A program made the translations under genes and the position numbers. A DNA stretch of 64,000 bases. Source: Rhizophagus irregularis. Its lineage: Eukaryota. Positions 13,156 to 27,708 of this stretch are shown here, one piece after another. The stretch's first letter is position 1; each line of letters starts with the position of its first letter. The stretch lies in NCBI RefSeq assembly GCF_026210795.1, contig NC_089433.1, forward strand, positions 2,728,001 to 2,792,000. Reading direction: 5' to 3'. The notes beneath the pieces were generated by a model that worked only from the letters and a program-made list of their open reading frames with translations, ran no database searches and was not told the DNA's origin.

Positions 13156-13501
13156 TATATGGATATTAAAGCCTTAAAGGCATTTATTATTTTCAGAGTA
13201 TCCATGTTCCGTACGATATTAACATACGCACTGGCCGGAGTTAAGTTAAACGTTATCACGTGCAAGTGCATAACTCCTAAACTATGGTAGGATGTACGTA
13301 CGCACGGTGCGTACGTTAAGGAACCTCTTATTTTCAATATATTTTTTTATAAAAATTAAAAACACAAGAAAAGAAAAGAGAATTAAAAAATCCGTGGACT
13401 GTAAAAAATTGAGTGAAAATATTGTAATGATAATAATAAAAATAATTATTGAGACATATTTGCATAAATAGATCAAAGTAAAATATCAATCATACAAACT
13501 T

Positions 13502-15453
<1,952 letters not shown>

Positions 15454-15536
15454 TTTTTTTCTTTCAAGGCGATTAGACGATTGAGTCAAATCAGTGTTAT
15501 TTAGCCGTACGTTATATACAAATCAATTATCAATCA

Positions 15537-15614
15537 ATGCTTAATCACGTGACTTAATTTGTGCGACGTAAAATATGATGCTTAGTCACGTGACATAATT
15601 TGTGCGACGTAAAA
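15537..15614. promoter_or_regulatory. Duplicated 41-bp element with TCACGTGA E-boxes in the thiolase/SNRNP27 divergent promoter
   Basis: atgctta(a/g)tcacgtgac(t/a)taatttgtgcgacgtaaaa occurs twice in tandem. Confidence 0.6.
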
Positions 15615-15663
15615 AAAATTATTAAGAAACAAACCATCAGCTTTCTTCTTGCATAAAGAAAAA

Positions 15664-16969
15664 ATGCCACGTAGTCCTAGTCCATCCCGTACAGACTATT
15701 CACGTAGACATCATTCACGTTCAGATTATAGGGATAGAGAGTCGCATTATCGTGATAGAGATTACCATCTGGATGGATATCGTGACCTTGATAGACCTCC
15801 GGAAGATTATCACGATCGTCGCAGATCCCGGTCGCCGTTGGGAAGAGACAGAGACAGAGACAGAGACAAGTACGATCGTCGAGAAAGGAGATCCAGATCA
15901 CCATATGGGAGGGATAGGGATAGGATCAGAGATCGTGATCGAAGAGATCGCCGTAGAACGCCAGAAAGAAGTGCTCGACACCGTTCTAGATCACGTTCTC
16001 CTATAAGCAAAAGAGGTAAGTTTTGTTGATTCACTAACATATGACCTATAAATAAAATCCTCAATATAGGGTTGACTCCCAGTTTATATAGATGAAATAA
16101 AATGGTGAGTTACTATAATTCTGGGGGGCAACTCTATATTGTAACAAGAAGCAGCTACGAAGTATATAAACATTGAATCGGATCAGGTACGCGTCCAGAG
16201 TTATTTTGTGCAAGATGATAATTTAATTCGTGGTATTTCACGTTTATTTCCTTATTCCCTGTACTAATATAGATCGTGGTGTAAGTCCCCGTAATTCTGA
16301 ACGAAAAGGTAAATATTTTTAATATTTATAAGTATCTTCAAATTCTCTAACTCATTTGTGAATTATTATCTAGATGATAGACATGATCGGGATCGAAAGG
16401 TTAGATCACGTTCGCGTTCGCCAAGGTATGTTCAATTGTAATTTAATTTCTTTTGAATTGTTTTAGTCTATTCTCTCACATTATATTAATTCAATATAGG
16501 AAAGAGGATTTAAGTAACGTACCAGGTCCGTATTTAACTCTCGGTTTTCTTTTGGTTAGAGATTTTAGGGTTGAGAATTAATTATTGATTACGTAATTTA
16601 GAATCGACAAATAGCTCTATAATGAATATAGACCCAGACGAAGATCCCGAACAAGCATTAATGAAAGCTATGGGAATAGCAGGATTTAACACTACTAAAG
16701 TAACTATTTCGAAATTTGATTTATTGAATTTATATTATTTATATTACAATTCACTAATTTAAATTTCTATTTTAATTAGGGCAAAAAAGTTGTGGGTAAT
16801 GACGCTGCTGCGGTTAGCATTAAAAAACAAAGACAATATCGTCAATACATGAATCGACGTGGAGGATTTAATAGGTGAGTAGTATTTTTTTTATTTTATG
16901 ATTTTATTTGAGAATTTTTGATACATTAAAATATCCCTTTCCTCTAGACCTTTGGACAAGATTCAATAA
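15664..16969 (+). CDS. SNRNP27: U4/U6.U5 tri-snRNP 27 kDa protein
   Basis: RS/RD-rich N-terminus; spliced C-terminus MKAMGIAGFNTTK|GKKV...KQRQYRQYMNRRGGFNR|PLDKIQ. Confidence 0.95.
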
Positions 16970-17182
16970 ATAAAGTTTGGTTTAATTGTATTTTTTATTC
17001 GTTTGAAAGAATGATTCGTACTTAAGTTCATTATAAAATTAAGATACGTTATTGCTTTTTATTTAATTAATTAAAATATTTACAGTTATTATAATAATAA
17101 GTCATGTTAGTGGGAATAAATAAAGTAATAAACAAATAATGAATATAAAAAGTTTATAATAAAATGATGAATCATTCTCTTT

Positions 17183-18747
17183 TTACGGTAATTCTTCTTT
17201 CTCTCGTACTTTTTCAACGATCTGTCTTAATAACGTCGTTACTTTAACAATGTTTTTCTTATATTTTGCAGACACCGGTACAATAACAATTTCTTGTTCT
17301 TTTTCTTTAAGTATTGTTTCAAAAATTGGAAGATTTTTTTTAGCTTTCTCAGTTATATCTGCCTTATTTGCAACAATTAAAGATGGTCGCTTTGTAAGTC
17401 CTGAACGATATTTTTCCAATTCGTTTTGTAAACTATTCCAATCTTCCCATGGTTTATTTTTTGATAAATCAATGACATAAACCAAAACTTTAGAACGTTC
17501 TATATGCCTCAGAAAGGAATGCCCTAATCCAACATTTTTATGAGCACCTTGGATTAATCCTGGAATATCGGCAATAGTTAGTTGAAATCTATCTGAATAA
17601 TCTACTGTGCCAATATAAGGATTGAGAGTTGTAAAAGGGTAAGGTGCAATCTTTGGATGAGCATTAGAAACAGCTGTAAGGAAAGTACTTTTTCCTGCAT
17701 TCGGCAGACCAACTAACCCAGCATCAGCTATCGTTTTTAATTCTAGTTCAAGGTATCTTATTCGTCCCTCTTCTCCCTTTGTTGCATATTTTGGAGAACG
17801 ATTTGCATTTGTTAAAAAATGTGGATTCCCTTTTCCACCCGAGCCTCCTTGTGCGACTACGTATTGAGCATCTGGTATAGAAAGATCCAAATTAAGTTTT
17901 TCTTCTGTTTTAAAAGGTCTATTATATCTTTCTTCTTCCTCCATCATTTTCTCAGCTTCGAGAAAGAATGAATTTAGAGTATTTTTTTCATCATATCGAG
18001 GATAATGAACCCAAGTTTTAGCTCTTTTTTTTGCAAGTTTTGTTTCTTCGTCAAGATTTTCATTATTGTTCATTCGTCCTTCATAATCAACTTTCTCTAA
18101 TTGATTTTTATTTGGTTGTGGAACAAATTCTCTAACGATGGTTCCTAAAGGAACTGGTATTATTAAATTCTTACCAGCTGAACCGTGTTGCATATGTCCC
18201 TTCCCATTTTGACCTCTACTTGCATTAATAGTCCTGAGAACTGAATGCAAAGAAGAATGATTTGGTGACGCAACAAATATGACGTTTCCTCCTCGCCCTC
18301 CATTACCACCCGAAGGCGGTACTTTTGATTCAAATTTTCCTCGATTAAATGCAACACACCCATCACCACCAGTACCTCCTTTAACCACAACACGTATAAA
18401 GTCGGTAAATTGCCGTGTCTTAGATAGAAAGAAATGCGGGTTACAACAAAGTACATTAAATAATGAAATTGAGATATTGACTACAAAACCTTATCTCTCA
18501 ATTTGTACTGTATACTTTGATCTCTCACTCTTTCATCATTATTTAAGTCATTGTCTTTTTCACACTCTTTTATTATTGCTATGTCATGTTGACCAACTAG
18601 AAAAATCGGCTTCTCATCAGCATTATCGTTGATCGAAAAATTTCTAGAGTTATGAAATTGTATACGTAAAAAAAGGTTGACAAAACAAACGCGCTTTCTT
18701 AAAATATTCTGAACATGAGATTCCATTTTCCTTTGACAGTTCAACAT
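17183..18747 (-). CDS. MTG2: Mitochondrial Obg-family GTPase (MTG2/GTPBP5), 2 exons
   Basis: FTDFIRVVVKGGTGGDG Obg fold, GLVGLPNAGKST, YPFTTL, DIPG, NKAD; intron 18489-18419; start ATG inferred. Confidence 0.9.
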
Positions 18748-18980
18748 TGGTGATACAACATATTTAAAAAAGTTCAATGGTAAAAAACAATGATCTTCTC
18801 AACCAATCAGAATTGAATACATTTCCAACAGCCACCGAGCTATCCGAAAATTTTTTTTTTTCAAAAGATTTGAATGATTTCATCCAGATACGTGAGATTA
18901 TTGGTGTAGATCGTGACCGGCTGTTTGATTAAGTTAGTCAGTAATAAATAACCAACTTCAAGCCAGAAATCTAACGCAAA

Positions 18981-21900
18981 ATGCAAATGTTAACAAAGGT
19001 AAATATTCGAATAGGACTTTTCCCGATCTGTGATTTGTTCCATAATTTCGTTTAAATTCCTCTAATTTCATATTCCATTAGTTCGAATCAAAAAGTAATC
19101 GTGTCAAAGGGATTGCATTTCACCCTAAACGTCCCTGGATTCTTGCTTCCCTTCACAACGGCTGTATACAATTATGGGATTATCGTATGGGCACCCTTTT
19201 GGAACGTTTTGATGAACATGATGGTACGTTTAAGTGCCTGATTAGGTTATTATCGTGTCAATTTGATTAATTAATTTTTATCATTAGGCCCTGTTCGCGG
19301 AATTGCGTTCCATCCAACACAGCCACTATTTGTATCAGGCGGTGATGATTATAAGATTAAAGTTTGGAATTACAAAACTCGTAAATGCTTATTTACTTTA
19401 AACGGACATTTGGATTATGTTCGAACGGTTTTCTTTCATCACGAGTACCCTTGGATTCTTAGTGCTTCCGATGATCAAACAATTCGAATTTGGAATTGGC
19501 AGTCAAGAAATTGCATTGCGATTTTGACCGGTCATAATCATTATGTTATGTGTGCGCAATTTCATCCAAAAGAAGACTTAGTAGTATCTGCATCTTTGGA
19601 TCAAACTGTGAGAATATGGGATATTTCAGGTATTACTTCTTTTTGATTTTTAATATTCCAACGTAAACTTGAGTTATACTAATGGACAATTGGGGCTTCA
19701 GGTCTCAGGAAAAAGAATGCTGCACCTAGTTCTATGACTCTCGAAGATAGCTTGCATAGATCAGCTGCAACCCAAGCTGATATTTTTGGTAGCACAGACG
19801 CAATTGTTAAATATGTTTTAGAAGGGCACGACCGTGGTGTCAATTGGGCGACTTTCCATCCCACCCTTCCCTTAATTGTGTCAGCTGGAGATGATCGGCA
19901 AATAAAATTATGGCGAATGAATGGTATTGTAATTTTGTTATTATATCCTCATCTACGAGATTATTAACAATACATCAATATATTAGAATCTAAGGCATGG
20001 GAAGTGGATACATGCCGTGGGCATTTTAATAACGTATCTGCTGCTCTTTTTCATCCAAGACAAGAGTTAATTATTTCTGATGCTGAAGATAAAACAATTC
20101 GAGTTTGGGACATGTCAAAGAGAACACTCGTTCAAACTTTTAGGCGCGAACATGATAGATTCTGGGTTTTGACAGCTCATCCTGAATTAAATCTTTTTGC
20201 AGCTGGTGAGAACACATTATCTGATTTATTTTATATTTATAATGATTATAAAATATTTAATTTATATATTTCATATAAAGGTCACGACAATGGTCTTATT
20301 GTGTTCAAGCTTGAGAGGGAACGTCCAGCATATGCAGTTCATCAAAATAATTTATTTTATATTAAAGACAAGTACTTGCGTGTTTTCGATTTCGCCAACG
20401 CTTCAGATGTATCGGTGCTTTCAGTACGAAAAATTGGTGGTCAATATGTTCATCCACGATCTTTATCGTATAATCCTGCCGAACGTGCTGTTATAATAAC
20501 AACGGTCAGTTGTGAGTCATCTTAATGAATTTGAATTCGAAAGATTAACAAAATAAACTACTTCGTATTTCAGCCTACGGACGGTGGTACGTTCGATTTA
20601 TTTCATTTGCCCAAAGATTTTAGCGGCGAACCACGAGAAGTTTCAACGGACGGTAAACGTGGTGCTGGTAATTCGGCAATATTCATAGCTAGAAATCGAT
20701 TTGCAGTACTTGATAAGACACGTCAAGTATTTATTTTACATATTTTTAATAATAATGGCGTATTTTAATTTCAATTTATTAATCTTTTATTTTTAATTAT
20801 TTAGCAAATTGAAATTCGTGACTTATCAAATGCTACGACCAAATCAGTTAAACCTCCAGCAACTGTTAATGAGATATTTAGTGCTGGTAGTAGTAACCTT
20901 TTACTTCTTAGCACACCTACTTCAGTCATTCTATATGATATTCAACAACGTCAAACCGTTGCTGAAATTAATACACCTCCTGTCAAATATATTGTATGGT
21001 CTTCCGATCATAGTCAAGTGGCTCTTCTAAGCAAGCATAGTATGTTTTTTAAAATGCGGGTTTTGATATTTTATTTATTGCAATCATTCACTTTTCCTTT
21101 TTCAAAACTATAAATAGCGATAACCATTGCTAATAAGACATTAGAACAAAGCTGCTTAATTCATGAGACAATTAGAATCAAAAGCGGTGCATGGGATGAT
21201 GCGGGTATATTTGTATATTCTACTCTTAACCATATCAAATACGCTCTTCCACAAGGGTAAGAATAATTCGAAATTATACATGAATTATGAACGAGATATT
21301 TACATTTAATCTTATTTTAGTGATAATGGTATTATCCGTACGCTTGATCAGCCAGTATATTTAACCAAAGTTAAAGGCAAAAATGTTCATTGTCTTGATA
21401 GAGATAGTAAGACACGTATAATTAGCATAGATCCAACAGAATATCGCTTCAAACTTTCACTAATAAAGCGCAATTACGACGAAGTACTGCAAATTATCCG
21501 TAACTCGAATTTGGTTGGACAAGCTATTATTGCATATTTACAAAAAAAAGGATATCCGGAGGTATATTAATTATATTTGTCTTTGTATTATATGGTAAAC
21601 TATGAACTCATCTCAAAATATGTCAATTAGATCGCTTTGCATTTTGTAAGAGATGATAAAACTCGATTTGATCTTGCATTAGAATGTGGTAATATCGAAG
21701 TTGCATTGGAAACAGCAAAAGCAATGGACCGAGATGATTGTTGGAATAAATTAGGTGCAGAAGCATTACGTCAGGGCAATCATATGGTAAACGACTATCC
21801 TTTTATTTTTGATTATACGGATAAATTAATTTTTTTTTTCTTTCTAGGTTGTTGAAATGGCGTATCAAAGGGTTAAAAATTTTGATCGCCTTTCATTTTT

Positions 21901-23739
21901 ATATTTGGTAACCGGCAATGTTGAGAAACTGAGGAAGATGTTAAAGATTGCAGAGTTACGAAATGATAATATGTCAAGATTCCATAATTCACTTTTCTTA
22001 GGTGACGTTGAAGAACGTGTTCGTCTCTTGAAAGAAGTTGGTCAATGTATTAAGTCATTGTATTTACTTTAACTGTTATAACACAAAATAATAATTAATT
22101 TAGCTAATTTAACTTTTACATGTTTAGTACCATTGGCGTACCTTACCGCTCGTAGTCACGGTCTTATGGAGGAGGCTGAATCAATTTTAGCTTCTACAGG
22201 TCTCACCACCGACGATATTTCGGATTTGCCTGCAACTGGACAATTACTTAAACCTCCCATGCCAATTATTAGGCAACATGATTCTAATTGGCCATTATTA
22301 ACTGTATCACGTTCATTCTTTGATAGTGCCTTCACTAATACTGATAGTAATCCGCTTGCTGCTCCTCTCGCATTAGCTGAAGGTATTGATGATATTGGAG
22401 GTGACTGGGGAGGTGATGACGATTTTGGACTTAATGTCGACGTTGAAAAAGTTGATGATCAACGAATAGGAGGAGAAGTCGTTGAAGAAGGATCTGGATG
22501 GGACATTGACGTTGATCTAAATGTTCAACTCGATAAAGAAATTGCCAAGGAACTTGCAAATGGAGCACAAGGTGAATTTATACCTCCAACTTCAGGTACT
22601 AATGAATCTGAATTATGGGTGCACAATTCTCCTTTAGCTGCTGATCATGTTGCTGCCGGATCATTCGAAACTGCCATGCAGGTAAAAGATTTATTTTAAT
22701 TTTTCTAATGAAATTTATTTTTAAGGGTGTATTAATATTATTCATATATTCTATATAAATAGCTTCTTAATAGACAAGTTGGCGCGGTTAATTTTGAACC
22801 ATTAAAATCACACTTTTTGAAAACTTTCCAAGCAACGCGAACATACTTGCCTTGTAATGTTTCATTACCTCCTCTTGTATATCACATTAGACGTAATCCT
22901 GAAGAAACAGAAACTCGAAGAATGTTACCTGTTCTTCCATATAATTTTCAAACAATCATCTCAGTACAGCTTCAAGAGGCGTATAGAACGACTACTGCTG
23001 CTAAATTCCAGGAAGCAACGATACAATTTAGAAACATTATTCATTCAATTTTATTAATTGCAGTATCAAAGAAATCAGAAATTGATGAGGTATTTACAAT
23101 TCTTTATGAAAATAATTAGCAAGGAAATAATATAATATAATATCGCATTATAGGTACATCAACTCATTGAAGTATGTCGTGAATATATTGTTGGTCTTTC
23201 AATGGAACAAACGCGTCGTAAATTTACATTGGACAGTCCAGAAAATACGAAGCGCGCTTTAGAATTAGCTGCGTACTTTACTCACTGCAGGCTGCAGCCA
23301 GCTCATTTGCAACTAAGTTTGCGATCGGCAATGACATTAAGTTTCAAGGCCAAAAACTGTTTAACAGCTTCGATGTTTGCTAGGCGGCTATTGGAATTGG
23401 CACCACCGCCACAAGTTGCCACTTCGGTACGTTCAAATTTACAAATTATTTGATTAACGTGTTTGACTGCTAATATTTATGTCACTTTACGTCTAGGCTC
23501 GTCAAATTCAGACAATCGCAGATAATACTCCAAGAGACGAAATTACTTTAGATTATGATCAATACAACCCATTTGTAGTATGTGCTATATCATATGCACC
23601 CATCTATAAGGGTAGTTCTTCGGTAGAATGTCCTTATTGTCATGCATCATATTTAACTGAATATAAAGGAAAACTTTGTACCGTTTGTGATGTATCACAA
23701 ATCGGCGCCAATTCCACCGGTTTAAAGGTTTATGTGTAG
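18981..23739 (+). CDS. COP1: Coatomer subunit alpha (COPA/RET1/COP1), multi-exon
   Basis: [27 protein letters not shown]40 repeats, [33 protein letters not shown]-terminal CPYC...CTVC. Confidence 0.97.
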
Positions 23740-25014
23740 ACTTGACTTGTAGTAATGCAAATAGTGCACTTCTCTAATATTTATACATTTATTACACTAA
23801 ATTAAGTATACCTCAATATTTTTAGTTTTAATATATACATGAGAAGAGGTTGGACTTTGATTTTATTTAAAAACCTCATATTTAATTACTTTTTAAAAAA
23901 TGATCTTAAAATAATTCTTAATTTGAATAGAAAAAATTACTTATGATTATAAAAATAAAACATTATGAATTTATACAATTAGTGGTGTGCTTATGTGCCT
24001 GTTTATGTAATCATGCGATTTTTATATAGTTTAAATAGTTTGTATAATTTTCTATTATTACTATTTATTAAAAAGCGATATTCAAGTTATAGTTCCGGCC
24101 AGCATTATAGATTTGGCCTAAATTACCTTATCACATGTGATTATGGTGGCTGAAGAAAGGGAGTGACTAAATTAATATTTATTTCATGGGAGTTGGGAAT
24201 AATCAATTTAATTTCCATATTGCTTTATAATATATATAATATTATCGTAACTCCTTTTTTTTTATTTTTCTATTTTCAATTCGTAAGCACAAAATTAATA
24301 ATCGTAAGGCTCGATTTCCAGTTGTGGGAAAGGAAAGGAGTAATGTTCGACAGCATCCACGGCTACTCCCACATCCACGTGCCACTATCCTCTAGACGGC
24401 CTTACGTTTTGTTGCTGTGCTGATTATTGCGCTGTTTTTCGCGCCGATTTTCTTCGCAGGTTGATTTAGACTTTCTTTATATCGTTCTAGTTCTTGTTGT
24501 TGTTGTTTTTGTTCCTTTTTTTTCTTTTCTTGTTCAAACTTCTTTGCACGTGATCTTGTAATAGCACGTTTGTATTTTGCTCTTTCAGTAGAAACGATAC
24601 CATTCTTGTTAATTTTAACGAGTTTTTTTTTTTGAAAATAAGCAAAATAAATCCTAGATTGAACTAATTTATTATTCTGAGAATCAACCGCAGTCTTTTT
24701 TCCTTATACGGACGCGTTTTATGTATACGAAATGACAAAACTAGAGTTTAATGAACTAAAAAATTTCTGAAAACATGACACGACATAGCATGACATCGTA
24801 CAACAGCAAAAGTTATTTTTGAGTGCCAATAAAAAGATTTTCCGAAAAACTCTCTGTAAAAGAGTTCTCGTGACGGTCTTTAGATTGGTATCACGTGATG
24901 AAATCAAAGTTAATTTACTAAAAAGATTTATTTTAGTTTTTTAATATATAATTAGTTAAGCTATGATTCTTTGAATACAACACGAATACATCACAAAAAT
25001 CACAAAAATACATT

Positions 25015-26815
25015 TTATCGTATGATCCCTTCTTTTAAGGTTTTAACTGTTACATCACCTTTACTAGTTTTAAATGGAATATCTTTGAAAGTTGCTACCC
25101 CTTCCTCATTAACCTTAAAATTTTCTGCTACCTTTTCAAATATTTTATTTTTAGGATTTAATATTTCACCATTGCGTTCCGCCGATCCGTATCCTTCAAA
25201 AAAGATTTTTTCTCCAGTCTCACTTCCAGCTGGTGGATCCAATAATTCAATTGTTTTATCATCCGAGGATGATGCTGCAAGAAGCATTGCAGATGACTCA
25301 ATGCCCTGAAATTTGCTAGGCTTAAGATTACATATTGCAAGTACAAAACGACCTTGCATTTGCTCCAATGGAATGTAAGATGCAAGGCCAGAAACAACTG
25401 TTCTTGGATTACCAGACGCATCACCTACATCAACTGTAGAGACGTAGGATTTAGGATTACTTTGGTGAAGCTCCGCTTTTATAATTTTTGCTACTCGAAT
25501 ATCTAATTAAATAACTCGTTAAAACAAAACAAAAAAAAAAAAACTTCACAATGAAATTTATAATTACCTAATCTAGACACATCAATTGGTTTTCCATCAT
25601 TGATACTTGGCGCTTGGTTATGTTTTTTAGATTCTTTCTTTTTAACTATTTTTTCTACTTCAGGGTATGCTTGTTTCGTTAAATTTTGGAATTCGAGATC
25701 ATTTTTCCATTTTTCCCTAATTGGCTCTAGTAGGTTATTAATTGCTTCCGTGACTGCAGCCTTCAAATCACCGGGATGAACTTTTTTATCGCGAAAATCA
25801 TCTTTTAGCGACTGATAACTTGTATAATTGACATTACCGCCCCATTTTTCATTACGCTTGATTAAAAAACTAGGAGTATTTCCATTAAGTGATCTAAGAG
25901 GAAACAGAACTGATTCTACAAAAGAAAGTACACCATTATCATTTACGTTTCCTTCTTCACAGAAGGCCTTTTTTAATTTACGGGATACAACATCAGCTTC
26001 ATCCAAAAGATCTATCTTCGAATCTGGATCGGATGAAGACATCTTTGATCCTGCTAAACCCGGAACCATCGGGTTCATAAGATGCGCTCGCTTCTTATAA
26101 CCAAGGTGTGGTAAATATTTCTCCGCGAAAACAAAAATCTTTCTTTGATCAACTCCGCCAAATTGTGCATCTACTCCCAAATATTCCTCGTCTAGTGTTT
26201 GTAAACCTGGATACAATAAGCCAGACAACAATGCGGATTCGACTTGTTTAACAACTTCGGCACCGGCTTTTTTCGCGTCGTGTTCTGTTACAGTGGCGCA
26301 AAGTCTGTAATTATCCATATTATATTTCTCCGTTAATTGATAACTAGACCCTATGATAAATTTTAATTTATCAATTGGGACTCCAATTGATTCAAGAAGA
26401 GTTTTTATGAGCACTTCATAATATTTCGTTCGAAATTTTACAAGATCAAGTGGTGCCTTCATATTGTCAAGAAAGGCGTGAATATCAGCTAAAAGAATTG
26501 TGACCTAAAATAACAAGAAAAAAGGACCAAGAAATTATTAATAGTATATTGATTGGAAAGGTTGTATGGGCAAATTGACGATTGTATATAATTAGGTTTT
26601 TTAGACACCTCAACTCCGGCAGTTAAAAAGTCTGCAATTTTTGACATGGGTACGTAATAACCAATATGAGGTTTTCCGGTAGGTGCGGTACCCCAATAGA
26701 GTTTTAAGTCTCTTTCATTAAGAATTTTCAAGATTTCTTCACCACCCAAAACTTCTTGGAGGTTCCTCGTAATAAGCTCATATTTTTGCTCGGGGCTCAA
26801 ACCGTCTACAGACAT
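25015..26815 (-). CDS. TYS1: Cytosolic tyrosyl-tRNA synthetase with C-terminal EMAP-II-like tRNA-binding domain, 3 exons
   Basis: [46 protein letters not shown]-domain LDIRVAKI...RTVVSGL...[21 protein letters not shown]. Confidence 0.96.
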
Positions 26816-27708
26816 CTTTATTTAAATTATTTCAATTTATATATATTTCTTATATTTCTTCAAAAGAAGAAATTTATAAATTTATGTAAAAAAAAAAAGA
26901 GATATTTATATTGGAATATGAATTGTTAAATTACGATTGAAAAAAAAAATTGGGGGAATTGTAAAAGGGATCTATTTATATTGCAAAATCAAACAACTAA
27001 AAAAGGTCTAATGATACAGAGTGCAAAAACATTTTTTGCATTACTATAAAAATGCCTGAGTCATATTTTCTTAACCAATGAAACATTGTTCCACACTTAC
27101 ACAGCCTCAGTGAGTCATCATTTATCAGTCAGCCGAGATGTCCCTGATCATTAACATCATTAACTAATTTTTTGTGTAACATGTGAATTTTTTTTTGTCG
27201 CTTCAAAATATTATGTACTTATAACCACTTATTTTAAAGATTCTTCTTAAATATAAAATATACAATATTATCTCTTCAAACTTTTTACAGAGTTTCATAC
27301 AAAAATACATCAAAATCAAATAAAAATAATGGGTGTTAAAATGAAATCATTTTTGTGTATTCATCCAGTTGATATTATTGAAAAATAATTTAATATCTTT
27401 TTTAAAATCATGTTGAATAGCGAAATATCATCATTTAAAGCTGTGATTTTATGGTTACACAAATTTAATACCAAATCACATACTTCGTGTCGATCATGAG
27501 ACATCCCATTGTGGATTGGGTTATAACTATCAAATGACCAAAAGCAAAAATGATTTTGTGGCGTTGTAAAATTTTGTGAACGGATACCGATTCTTATGTA
27601 AATATTAGAAAACGTGTCATTTGTTTGAATAAGAATTTCCGCTCAACAATTTAATGAGCTAATTTATCTTATTTCATCCTATTAAGTGTAAAAAAAAAGT
27701 TATAATTA

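Noticed and set aside
15677..16064. Alternative-frame and antisense ORFs over SNRNP27 exon 1, and other shadow ORFs over COPA, MTG2, TyrRS and BRF1
   Set aside because: By-products of real coding or repetitive sequence in another frame.
24303..24460. SRP, RNase P/MRP or telomerase RNA
   Set aside because: No SRP helix-8, P4 consensus or CTAACCCT template motif visible; kept only as an unclassified structured segment.
27340..27645. Short open frame on the minus strand upstream of HID1
   Set aside because: No usable start or consistent splice model.
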